From: Elusimicrobiota bacterium
Lineage (GTDB): Bacteria > CG03 > SLGR01 > JBDRKX01
DNA length: 13,756 nucleotides
Reading direction: 5' to 3'
Assembly (NCBI GenBank): GCA_043813605.1
Contig: JBDRKX010000072.1
Location: 1-13,756, forward strand
Below, one piece after another: positions 1 to 7,654 of the stretch; within the stretch, counting starts at the first letter, position 1, and each line of letters opens with the position of its first letter. The position numbers and the translations under genes were made by a program. Under the pieces are notes generated by a model that worked only from the letters and a program-made list of their open reading frames with translations, searched no databases and was not told the DNA's origin.

Positions 1-57
1 TGGGTAAGAATGGGACTAATGATGATGAATCTGGACACAGCGATGAAGAGAATATAG
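1..57 (+). CDS. C-terminal tail of a probable IS5-family transposase (partial, runs off the 5' edge)
   Basis: Frame 1 reads WVRMGLMMMNLDTAMKRI-stop (TAG 55-57). This resembles the W-x-x-hydrophobic...MNL last helix of IS5-family DDE transposases. An IS5-like terminal sequence follows about 75 nt later. Only 18 codons are visible. Confidence 0.5.
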   Translation, partial: WVRMGLMMMNLDTAMKRI

Positions 58-134
58 CAGACGGATTCAATAGCTGAAAGAATCAGGAAATATACTTTTG
101 GAATTTATAAGAGCAAAAAGTTTTTCAGGAAGCC
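1..134 (+). mobile_element. Right end of a probable IS5-family insertion sequence (terminal inverted repeat ~118-134, followed by a CTAA target site at 135-138)
   Basis: The sequence is AAGTTTTTCAGGAAGCC|CTAA. The reverse complement of the end, GGCTTCCTGAAAAA, matches the GGCTTGCTGAAAAA-type termini of IS5-subgroup elements. CTAA fits the YTAR target preference. The left end is outside the window. Confidence 0.55.
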
Positions 135-209
135 CTAATTATGGTAAATATAGCGAGGTGGGGCAAATACTGAAAATAAAGCAGTATTAATAGACAGGAG
201 ACCTGAATT

Positions 210-476
210 ATGGAAAGTAAAGAGTTTAATCTGCTATGTCCGTGCTGTAAAACAAAAATCGTTGTTGATAAAGATACCGGCGGTATTCTCAGGCATGAGG
301 AAAGGGTAAAAGAGAAAGAGAATTTTAATAACCTCCTCGGTAAATATAAGAAACAGAAAGAAGGCATGGATAAAGCGTTTAAAACGGCTTTTGAAGATGA
401 GGAGAAGCGAAAAAAGCTGCTCTACAAAAAGTTTAAACATGCCGTGGAAAACATAGACGAATCAGAAGACTGCTGA
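210..476 (+). CDS. Small hypothetical protein with an N-terminal CPCC (zinc-ribbon-like) motif and a charged helical C-terminus
   Basis: 88-aa ORF. AGGAG Shine-Dalgarno (196-200) lies 9 nt before the ATG. LLCPCCKTKIVVDKDTGGIL beta-hairpin motif is followed by a K/E-rich helix. Confidence 0.8.
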   Translation: MESKEFNLLCPCCKTKIVVDKDTGGILRHEERVKEKENFNNLLGKYKKQKEGMDKAFKTAFEDEEKRKKLLYKKFKHAVENIDESEDC

Positions 477-496
477 AGAAAAGTTATATCTTACCG

Positions 497-1822
497 TTAT
501 ACCTGGTGGATGATCGTCCCATTATGATACAGTTCCCTGTTCTTTTCTATGTTTCCCAGGGTATATGAATAGTTGACCATAGTACCAAGGCTCTCTTTGA
601 TCCCTTTTTCTGAAAGATTAGAAAAAACATTGATGTATCTGAGTTCGCCACCGTTATTCAGATGGAAATTCTCAACGGGATCACTTGCAGTATCGATATT
701 GGGCAGATGCCGTTTTTCAGCCAGCAGGTAATTCCTTGAAAGTCCGAATATTAGCGGAGAAACAAGAGATCTCGCTTTTTTATCGGCAATCCATGATGTG
801 TCATGTATAAGGTGTGATATTGTCCCGGAAATCCCAGTTGTCTTTTTTGAATATTTCCTGTCAAAATATGTGTCTATTTCCCTGATGATGTCTTTGTGGG
901 GTAAAACCTGCGACCCAAGTTTATTAAGAGGAATTGTAAGGTCAGGGTCGTTGTTAATAAGTTTTTTAAGATATTCAGTGAATCCGGGTACCGGGCTCAG
1001 AGTCATAAAATTCTTAAGTTTCGGGTAATGGGTATGCAGGTATTCTACGGCTTTCAAAATCATCTTTTCGCCGAGTTTTACACCTGACAGTCCGTTAACA
1101 CATTTATTCACAGAATAGAAGACTGCGGTTCTGCATTTTTCAGGATCTTCGATCTGATGTTTGGGTGAAAGTATTTCATGAATATCCCGGATAACTTTTT
1201 TTGACAGGGCGATCTCTATATATACGATAGGTGACTTTTCTAACTTGAAATGAGAGAGGCTGAGTACCAGCCTGTCGGGTGAATTGAGCCGGTATTCAAA
1301 ATTAGCGAAATGTTCAGCAGGATGTACTCCTTCTTTTTCGGCGATGAATTTCAACAGGTTAAGGGGAGTATTGTCTGCATTGTGCTCGTCAAGTAGCAGG
1401 TACTGGTAATTAAAGATGGTCTCCAGATACTGCCTGAATATAAGGTCCAGGTTTTTCAGCGCCTTGTGCCGCTCTGCAGTAATGCCCGGATTCTTCTGCC
1501 TGAGGATCTGTTTAAGATCCGTTCTTAGATCAAGAAGCATCTGGGGATTGTCGGTTAACGCAAATATCTTATTGAAGATGGCAAATATCAGGTATTGCTC
1601 ACTCTGAGCAATGGCACTGAAGAAAGCCAGCTGGTTTTTAGGGGACTTGTTATAAAACTCCAGAAATTCGTCAAGGTATTTTTTGTTATATGTCTCCGTG
1701 CTCGAAAGGTGAGCGATGATGTAGGCTGTCTTTTCCGCGGTGTGTTCTTTTGACCCGGAAAGAAGATGTTTGAAAGAATTTTTAAGTGCCTTGAGATTCA
1801 GGTGATTAATACTGTCCGGCAT
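497..1822 (-). CDS. Malonyl-CoA decarboxylase (MCD / MatA family)
   Basis: 441-aa ORF with the MCD motifs in the expected order: EGVHP, RLxxxDR, PIVYIEIAL, TAVFYSV...GLSGVKLG, MTLSPVPGF (catalytic Ser), DPVENFHLNNGG (catalytic His), ESLGTMVNYSY. A strong AAGGAGGT SD lies upstream on the minus strand. Confidence 0.93.
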   Translation of the reverse strand: MPDSINHLNLKALKNSFKHLLSGSKEHTAEKTAYIIAHLSSTETYNKKYLDEFLEFYNKSPKNQLAFFSAIAQSEQYLIFAIFNKIFALTDNPQMLLDLRTDLKQILRQKNPGITAERHKALKNLDLIFRQYLETIFNYQYLLLDEHNADNTPLNLLKFIAEKEGVHPAEHFANFEYRLNSPDRLVLSLSHFKLEKSPIVYIEIALSKKVIRDIHEILSPKHQIEDPEKCRTAVFYSVNKCVNGLSGVKLGEKMILKAVEYLHTHYPKLKNFMTLSPVPGFTEYLKKLINNDPDLTIPLNKLGSQVLPHKDIIREIDTYFDRKYSKKTTGISGTISHLIHDTSWIADKKARSLVSPLIFGLSRNYLLAEKRHLPNIDTASDPVENFHLNNGGELRYINVFSNLSEKGIKESLGTMVNYSYTLGNIEKNRELYHNGTIIHQV

Positions 1823-2009
1823 ATTGGGGAACCTCCTTGTAAACTGAACATTAATATGATACAGGAATAACTGTTCTAATATAATGATAATACATTCAGC
1901 AGGAAAATCTCAACAACATATTTTTCAGGGAACATTTTTAAGAGCATGCGCGCTGTTAGCTGATTCGTATATTCCAGGGGATATAATATGAAAAATCTTA
2001 ATCACAGAC

Positions 2010-2038
2010 TTTATAAAATTTTTTCAAGGTAGTATAAT
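2010..2038 (+). promoter_or_regulatory. Candidate sigma70 promoter for the TPR-methyltransferase gene
   Basis: TTTATA (2010-2015), a 17-nt spacer, then perfect TATAAT (2033-2038). The ATG at 2047 is only 8 nt downstream and has no SD. The background is AT-rich, so a chance match is possible. Confidence 0.4.
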
Positions 2039-2046
2039 AAGCAGTA

Positions 2047-4287
2047 ATGAAAACAGATCGTATTTTTATGAAATTACGGCGGATCCGGTCTTTCGGAGGC
2101 CTGGCAGTCAGAATCGGGAATTATACTCAGCTCGTCTGGGAAAAGACATTGGGAAAATATAGTAAAAAGTACAAGGCAGGACACAGCATGATCCGTGAGG
2201 GTATGGATTGCTGTGATCAGGGGGAATATGATAAAGCATTGAGTCTTCTTCAAAAAGCTTCCGGTATTTTTAACAGAAAGGGACAGGTTCATGCTGCGCT
2301 TGCATCAGTTTATGAAAAAAGAAAGGAATTCAGCAATGTTATAGAAGAGCTTGAAAAATCAGCTGAGCTCGGATATGACAATAAACAGATAAGGGGAAGT
2401 ATTATAAGAACATACACTAATATGGGAGAATATGACCGGGCTCTAGAAGTACTGGGAAAAGAGACCGTATTCTATTTTAATGAATCCGAGTATCATTTCG
2501 AAGCGGGAAAGATATATGAAAGTAAAGGGGAATTTGATAAAGCCATAGAAGAATTTAAAGCGGCAATAAGGCTGAATATTAAAGATGAGCAGGCACATAT
2601 GCATCTGGGCAGGTTGTATTTAAAGAAAAAAGACAGAGTATCTGCAAAAGAACAATTCAGTAAAGCCCTGTCGATTAATCCCGAGAAGAATAAATTACAG
2701 ATAGAGCAGGAAATACTATCTAAACATGAAGAGGACAATACCGCTGCCATAAGTGTGGTTAAAGAAATAGTAGGTAGGGGATATGCCGCGAGAGAAATAT
2801 ATAATGAAATCCGGGATATGTATTCCGGAGAAGACAAATACGAATTGGCAGAGAAGGATTTTGGAGATGCAATAGCAGCAGAGCCTGAAAACGGACTGCA
2901 TAATGCATGCCTGGGGAAGATGTATTTTGACATTAAGAAATATGATCTTGCGCTGGAAGAATTCAGGGCGGCAATTGCTAAGGGATATGATCAGGCAGAT
3001 ATACGAAATGATGTGGGCATGATCTACTATGTCCGGCATAAAGATGACCTGGCAATAAAGGAATTTGAACGGGCGATAATGATTAATCCTGAAGACGACA
3101 CTGCATACGCTAAAACGGGTCTTATATATTTCCGTCAACTGGGATATAGTTCATTTGTGGAAAAATTAAAAGATGACACATTAAAAACCCCCGAAGATCT
3201 TTGGGCCCATAATGAATTGGCATGGATATATGATTGGCAGAAGAAACATGATCTTGCAATAGAGGAATTAGAAAAAATGAGCGCGATCAGCCCGGGCAAC
3301 GTAAAAGTACTGCAGGAATACGGCCGGATACAATTTCAGAAAGGAGAATATGCTCATGCTGTAGAGAAATTCAACAAGGTTATCCGGATCGATCCGGATA
3401 ATGTTGAGGCGCGTTGTCATCTGGGGCTGGCATATGCGGGAGCAGGAGATTATGATTATGCTGTGATCGAGCTTGAAAAAGCCATACAAAGATATAATGA
3501 CAATAGAAGAATGCTTACTGAGATCAGTAATTTTATAATAAAACTCCTTGAGGCTACTCCCGATATCATAAAAAGAGATGAAATTAATAGCCGGTTTATC
3601 GGGATTATTCCCAGGCTGGATATCAAACATATTCCGGATGATGATCTGAATGCAGAGATATTGGCTGTTCTGAGAGAGATATTTGAAGATAAAACAGCTG
3701 AAATTGAAGATGTGGCATCGGGATTCTCTCTGTATGATATAGAAAAATGGCGTTATCCCTTTATGAATAAACATGACGGCCGTATATTATATATGGTAGT
3801 AAGATTATTAAAACCGGAGATTATACTCGAAACCGGGACATCTTCGGGAACATCCACAGCATATCTGGCAAAAGGATGCTCTGACAATAAGAAAGGAAAG
3901 GTGATAACGATAGATATTGAGAAAGATACAGGATGTGCCATCCCGGAAGAGTTGCTGAAACATGTCGAATTTCACAGGGACAGCGATGTGAAAGATTCTC
4001 TTCTGAAAATCTGTCAAAATGCGGGGCGGATAGACCTGTGTTTTCATGATTCTGAACATTCATATGACAATATCCGTCAGGAAATGAGAACAGTATTGCC
4101 TTTTATGAAAAGTAGCGGTTTGATAATGGCGCACGATGCATTGAAATGTGACGGCCGCGGAAAGACTGTGGTAGATCTTTTAAAAGAGATAGAAAACACG
4201 ATAAAATGCTATTTTTTTAATACAGAAGCCGGGGTGGGAGTTATAAAAGACATAAATAGCTTAAAGAAATATAATTTACACGATTGA
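2047..4287 (+). CDS. Tetratricopeptide-repeat protein fused to a C-terminal class I SAM-dependent methyltransferase (Methyltransf_24-like)
   Basis: Many ~34-aa TPR units, e.g. YHFEAGKIYESKGEFDKAIEEFKAAIRLN, AHMHLGRLYLKKKDRVSAKEQFSKALSINP, ARCHLGLAYAGAGDYDYAVIELEKAIQ. The C-terminal ~180 aa contain LYMVVRLLKPEIILETGTSSGTST (motif I), VITIDI, IDLCFHDSEHSY and GLIMAHD. The start codon is uncertain (alternative ATG at 2068). Confidence 0.88.
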   Translation: MKTDRIFMKLRRIRSFGGLAVRIGNYTQLVWEKTLGKYSKKYKAGHSMIREGMDCCDQGEYDKALSLLQKASGIFNRKGQVHAALASVYEKRKEFSNVIEELEKSAELGYDNKQIRGSIIRTYTNMGEYDRALEVLGKETVFYFNESEYHFEAGKIYESKGEFDKAIEEFKAAIRLNIKDEQAHMHLGRLYLKKKDRVSAKEQFSKALSINPEKNKLQIEQEILSKHEEDNTAAISVVKEIVGRGYAAREIYNEIRDMYSGEDKYELAEKDFGDAIAAEPENGLHNACLGKMYFDIKKYDLALEEFRAAIAKGYDQADIRNDVGMIYYVRHKDDLAIKEFERAIMINPEDDTAYAKTGLIYFRQLGYSSFVEKLKDDTLKTPEDLWAHNELAWIYDWQKKHDLAIEELEKMSAISPGNVKVLQEYGRIQFQKGEYAHAVEKFNKVIRIDPDNVEARCHLGLAYAGAGDYDYAVIELEKAIQRYNDNRRMLTEISNFIIKLLEATPDIIKRDEINSRFIGIIPRLDIKHIPDDDLNAEILAVLREIFEDKTAEIEDVASGFSLYDIEKWRYPFMNKHDGRILYMVVRLLKPEIILETGTSSGTSTAYLAKGCSDNKKGKVITIDIEKDTGCAIPEELLKHVEFHRDSDVKDSLLKICQNAGRIDLCFHDSEHSYDNIRQEMRTVLPFMKSSGLIMAHDALKCDGRGKTVVDLLKEIENTIKCYFFNTEAGVGVIKDINSLKKYNLHD

Positions 4288-4307
4288 GCCGCAGTTCCTA
4301 AAACATA

Positions 4308-5531
4308 ATGAATCATACCTCCTGTAAAGACGCAGGCAAAGCCTGGGATAAGCAGAATCCCGATACAAAGGAAAAATATGTACTGGGCATACTTGAATTG
4401 CCCGGCGACAGAAAAGTCGAGGTTTTTATATATGAAAATAAAAAGAAGTATTCCGATAAACAGCCGGATTATCTTGTGGCCGTATATAAAGAGTGCGCCG
4501 CTGAAAACCGATTTGATGTTATCCAGGGCATAAAAGACAGATATGTGCGTATAGGTTCTGCGTGGAATAAGAGGGGGAAAAGGGGAGGGTATGCGAGCCT
4601 GGTTTTAGGGATATCCGGGAAAGAATATTACCTGACGTTATTCAAGGTCAGGAGCGAGGATTCTGTAGTCGGAGCAGACTATGTATTCAGCATAAAAAGA
4701 AGTGACTGGGAATTCCTCGAATCAGTTTATGCGGAGCGCGGAATTGTCCCGGCAGAAAAGAAAAAAACAGTCAAGAAACAGGACCATTATTCAAGAACCG
4801 TAAAAAAATACGCGTATAGACATCTGTTGAAAAGATATTTTTCCGGAAAAAGTGTGAAAAGCGCGAAAACCGCCCAGAGATACAGGAATTCAAGATTGGC
4901 TGAAAGGATAGATAAAGCATCCGATAAGATCATGGCAGTCTTTGTGGGCACAATAATGATCGTTTCGGTACCGTCATATATATTATACAATGCAGTAAAG
5001 AAACACATTGATTACAGAAAAACCCAGCTGGAGTTCACAGAATACCTTGACAGGAGTAACAGAGCCTACGAGTCTTTGAGTGATGAGCAGAAAAAGATCG
5101 AATCTATCAGAAAAAAATATGAGATGAAATACACAAGAGTATTTCATGTTACCGACGGAGATACCGTCGTATTGACCGATAGAACGGCTGTCCGGTATAT
5201 AGGGATCGACACTCCCGAACTTGCGCACACGCCGGGAGAAAGGACAGAGATCGGAGCAAGAGAAGCTGCAGATGAGAATGAAGAGCTCGTATTGAACAAA
5301 AAGATACTTTTGCTGATCCCGTGGGAAAGGGAATACAGCTACGACAGGCTGCTCGCGTATGTATATGCCCCGGTTGAAGACGAAAAAGGCAGTTATTACG
5401 TCAATGTTTCAAGATATCTTCTGGAAAAAAGTCTTGGAGACACAAGATACGGGAGTCCCGATCCTGAACTCCCGGATGAAATAAGGGATCTGGAATATCT
5501 GTCCGGTATTATAAAGCGGCAGGGTGAATGA
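4308..5531 (+). CDS. Membrane-anchored thermonuclease (SNase-family) protein with N-terminal tandem DUF736-like repeats
   Basis: SNase motifs: VTDGDTV (D283/D285), VRYIGIDTPE (R296, D301, E304) and YDRLLAYVY (R347). One hydrophobic segment at aa ~208-228. The N-terminal 130 aa contain two copies of G-x-A-W-x-K...Y...[PA]DY. Confidence 0.82.
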   Translation: MNHTSCKDAGKAWDKQNPDTKEKYVLGILELPGDRKVEVFIYENKKKYSDKQPDYLVAVYKECAAENRFDVIQGIKDRYVRIGSAWNKRGKRGGYASLVLGISGKEYYLTLFKVRSEDSVVGADYVFSIKRSDWEFLESVYAERGIVPAEKKKTVKKQDHYSRTVKKYAYRHLLKRYFSGKSVKSAKTAQRYRNSRLAERIDKASDKIMAVFVGTIMIVSVPSYILYNAVKKHIDYRKTQLEFTEYLDRSNRAYESLSDEQKKIESIRKKYEMKYTRVFHVTDGDTVVLTDRTAVRYIGIDTPELAHTPGERTEIGAREAADENEELVLNKKILLLIPWEREYSYDRLLAYVYAPVEDEKGSYYVNVSRYLLEKSLGDTRYGSPDPELPDEIRDLEYLSGIIKRQGE

Positions 5532-5601
5532 ATTTGTTCCGGAGATTGTATTTTCTGAAAGCGTACAAAACAATAAAAAACAGACGTTTGCTGAATAATT
5601 T

Positions 5602-5625
5602 CGGGATTTTATTGTGAAAATCCCG
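5602..5625. other. Inverted repeat / hairpin between the nuclease gene and the tetR promoter
   Basis: CGGGATTTT-attgtg-AAAATCCCG is a perfect 9-bp stem with a 6-nt loop. No U-tract follows, so it is not a canonical intrinsic terminator. Confidence 0.5.
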
Positions 5626-5687
5626 GCCGGAGCAGGTTGCCGACACATATCAACTAAAGTCTAAAAACAGCCAGTTATTACTATGAC

Positions 5688-5715
5688 TTGACGGATGTGT
5701 GAAAAAAAGTATAAT
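5688..5715 (+). promoter_or_regulatory. sigma70-type promoter of the tetR-tolC-adaptor-RND operon
   Basis: TTGACG (5688-5693), a 16-nt spacer, then TATAAT (5710-5715). AGGAGG SD at 5737-5742 and GTG start at 5752. Confidence 0.8.
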
Positions 5716-5737
5716 GAATGAACGTTCATTCATTATA
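5710..5737. promoter_or_regulatory. TetR operator: perfect 28-bp palindrome overlapping the -10 box and transcription start
   Basis: TATAATGAATGAAC|GTTCATTCATTATA is exactly self-complementary. It lies directly upstream of a tetR gene, the classic autoregulatory position. Confidence 0.88.
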
Positions 5738-5751
5738 GGAGGGGGTTTAGT

Positions 5752-6333
5752 GTGGCTGAAGATAAAAGAAAAAAAATACTGGCAAAAGCAAAGCAAGTAA
5801 TAGCTAAAAAGGGCTATACGTGCGCCAGTATAAAGGAAATAGCGAAAAAAGCGGGAGTTGCACAGGGAACTCCGTATCTCTATTTCAAGAACAAGGAAGA
5901 ACTGTTTATTGAGTTGATCTTATCTTTTGAGAAGGATATTGATTCGGTAGTAAAAGCAGCGGTTAACATGGATGCTGATTTCTGGGGCAGGATCGAGTAT
6001 ATCATAAGAAACACGGCGAAATATTTCATGGATGATAAAATGATGATGTGTATTTTAAAAAGGGAGATGCCCGAACCGCTCGGGATAGGCAGAAAGGGAC
6101 TCGGCAAAATAAAAGAGATGCGTGATATACGTACAAAGAAGATGCAGCAGATATTCGCTGATATAAAAGGCAATACTGAATTGAACAAAAATTTTTCTGA
6201 TGATGAGATGGGAAGGGTATGCATGATGGTGGTCTTTGGTATGATGAAGAGTATAGAGCACGGTGAAGAGCCCGATCCCGAAGCGGCGGCTGAGCTTACA
6301 ATAAAATGCCTTAAAGAGACACTGAAGAGATAA
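5752..6333 (+). CDS. TetR/AcrR-family transcriptional regulator
   Basis: N-terminal HTH KRKKILAKAKQVIAKKGYTCASIKEIAKKAGVAQGTPYLYFKNKEELF. 193 aa, GTG start with a strong SD. Confidence 0.95.
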   Translation: MAEDKRKKILAKAKQVIAKKGYTCASIKEIAKKAGVAQGTPYLYFKNKEELFIELILSFEKDIDSVVKAAVNMDADFWGRIEYIIRNTAKYFMDDKMMMCILKREMPEPLGIGRKGLGKIKEMRDIRTKKMQQIFADIKGNTELNKNFSDDEMGRVCMMVVFGMMKSIEHGEEPDPEAAAELTIKCLKETLKR

Positions 6334-6334
6334 A

Positions 6335-7654
6335 ATGAAAAAAATTATTCTATATTTCATTACCGCATTGTGTATAAACATATCTTCTGTTTATGCGGGA
6401 GATGCCGGTAATGTAGAGATAGATATCCCCACCGCTGTAGATATGGCGTTTGGAAACAGCGAAGACATCAAGATAAACAGGGAGAGCCTGAAAAAACTCG
6501 ATAACATCTACCGTGAAGTGCGCGCATCAGTATTCCCGCAAGTTACCGGGGCACTGGGTGTTAACAGGTTTATAGAGTCGCCGGTGATGAAAGTAGATCT
6601 TGGGGAGGGAGAAGTATCCATACCCATGGCATCTGACTGGGAGAGCAGTATCGATCTGAAGGTATCGCAGGTACTTTGGGCGTTCGGCAAGGTTATGAAT
6701 GTCATACGACTTGCCGAGAATTATATTAACCTGGAAAAACATTCGGCAGATATAACGAGAAATGAGCTGACATATGCAGTAAAACAGGTCTATTATTCCA
6801 TGCTCCTGGCAGATGATATTGCGAAAATAGCTACAGAATCGCACAAGAATGCTCTGAAGAACAAGGATGCGTTAAAAGGCCGTTACAGCGGCGGCAGGAT
6901 ATCTAATATAAACAATATAAAGATGGAGGCCGACATCTCCGGCCGGGTACCCAGCATGCTTCAGGCAGAACAGTCTTACGAGCTTGTAGAAGTAACTATG
7001 CGTGACATACTCGGGGTTCCCGAAGAAAACGATATAGTACTTACCGAAAAATTTATAACAGTATTTTCCGAATTCGATTACGATAACCTTAGAAGCAGTA
7101 TGCTGAGCAGGGAACCTGTCCTGATGGTATACAGGGAAAAACTGAACCTTGCCGATACCAAAATAAGACTGAAAAAATCCAGTTTTTATCCTACTCTTTC
7201 CGGATTTATGAGTTACAGTTATGGCGGAGGAGACGATAAGATAATACCCGATGACATGAACAGCGAGCTTGTAGCCGGGGTTATGCTCAACTATGATATC
7301 TGGGACAGCGGGAAAAGAAAGAATTCCTACAGGCAGGCTGAAAACGACAGGAACATTGCTGAATTCGACTACAGGAAGATGGAGAGGGCCCTTGATGTGG
7401 AATTGAAATCGGCAATTACTGAATACCGGGCATTGATAAAGATATATGACGCAAACCGGCGTGCGGTGAAGCTGGCCGGGGAGGCCTACGAGATAGCGCT
7501 GTCGAGTTTTAAATCAGGTGCTGTATCGCAGACAATGCTCAATGACGCTGAATTGCAGCTCACAGGAGCAAAGATGCGGGAACGTACGACCCTTTATAAT
7601 ATAAATATTGTAATTGCAATGATCGAGAAACTGACAGCGGAGAACAGGAGATGA
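6335..7654 (+). CDS. TolC-family outer membrane efflux protein
   Basis: Signal peptide MKKIILYFITALCINISSVYA. Two OEP repeats (ASVFPQVT...VSQVLWAFGK; SSFYPTLS...LNYDIWDSGK) and AYEIALSSFKSGAVSQTMLNDAE. It starts 1 nt after the tetR stop. Confidence 0.93.
   Translation: MKKIILYFITALCINISSVYAGDAGNVEIDIPTAVDMAFGNSEDIKINRESLKKLDNIYREVRASVFPQVTGALGVNRFIESPVMKVDLGEGEVSIPMASDWESSIDLKVSQVLWAFGKVMNVIRLAENYINLEKHSADITRNELTYAVKQVYYSMLLADDIAKIATESHKNALKNKDALKGRYSGGRISNINNIKMEADISGRVPSMLQAEQSYELVEVTMRDILGVPEENDIVLTEKFITVFSEFDYDNLRSSMLSREPVLMVYREKLNLADTKIRLKKSSFYPTLSGFMSYSYGGGDDKIIPDDMNSELVAGVMLNYDIWDSGKRKNSYRQAENDRNIAEFDYRKMERALDVELKSAITEYRALIKIYDANRRAVKLAGEAYEIALSSFKSGAVSQTMLNDAELQLTGAKMRERTTLYNINIVIAMIEKLTAENRR

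Noticed and set aside
3..77. Alternative frame-3 tail GKNGTNDDESGHSDEENIADGFNS-stop
   Set aside because: It has no recognisable motif. Frame 1 plus the IS-like terminus explains the region better, though this cannot be excluded without upstream sequence.
168..186. SOS-box-like TACTG...CAGTA
   Set aside because: The spacer between CTG and CAG is 9 nt, not the 10 nt of the E. coli-type LexA box, and the CTGT/ACAG core is missing.
5525..5531. TGAATGA operator half-site at the nuclease stop codon
   Set aside because: There is no second half-site at the right spacing.
2047..5531. Methyltransferase plus nuclease read as a restriction-modification system
   Set aside because: The methyltransferase lacks DNA-MTase catalytic motifs, and the nuclease is a membrane-anchored SNase type, not a restriction enzyme.
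5585..5601. CGTTTGCTGAATAATTT resembles the IS5-type terminal repeat in inverted orientation to 118-134
   Set aside because: Only about 12 of 17 positions match, it lacks the terminal GG and a YTAR target, and no transposase is adjacent.
5602..5625. Hairpin as a rho-independent terminator or part of a riboswitch
   Set aside because: There is no U-tract on either strand and no riboswitch consensus I can recognise, so it is kept only as an unassigned inverted repeat.
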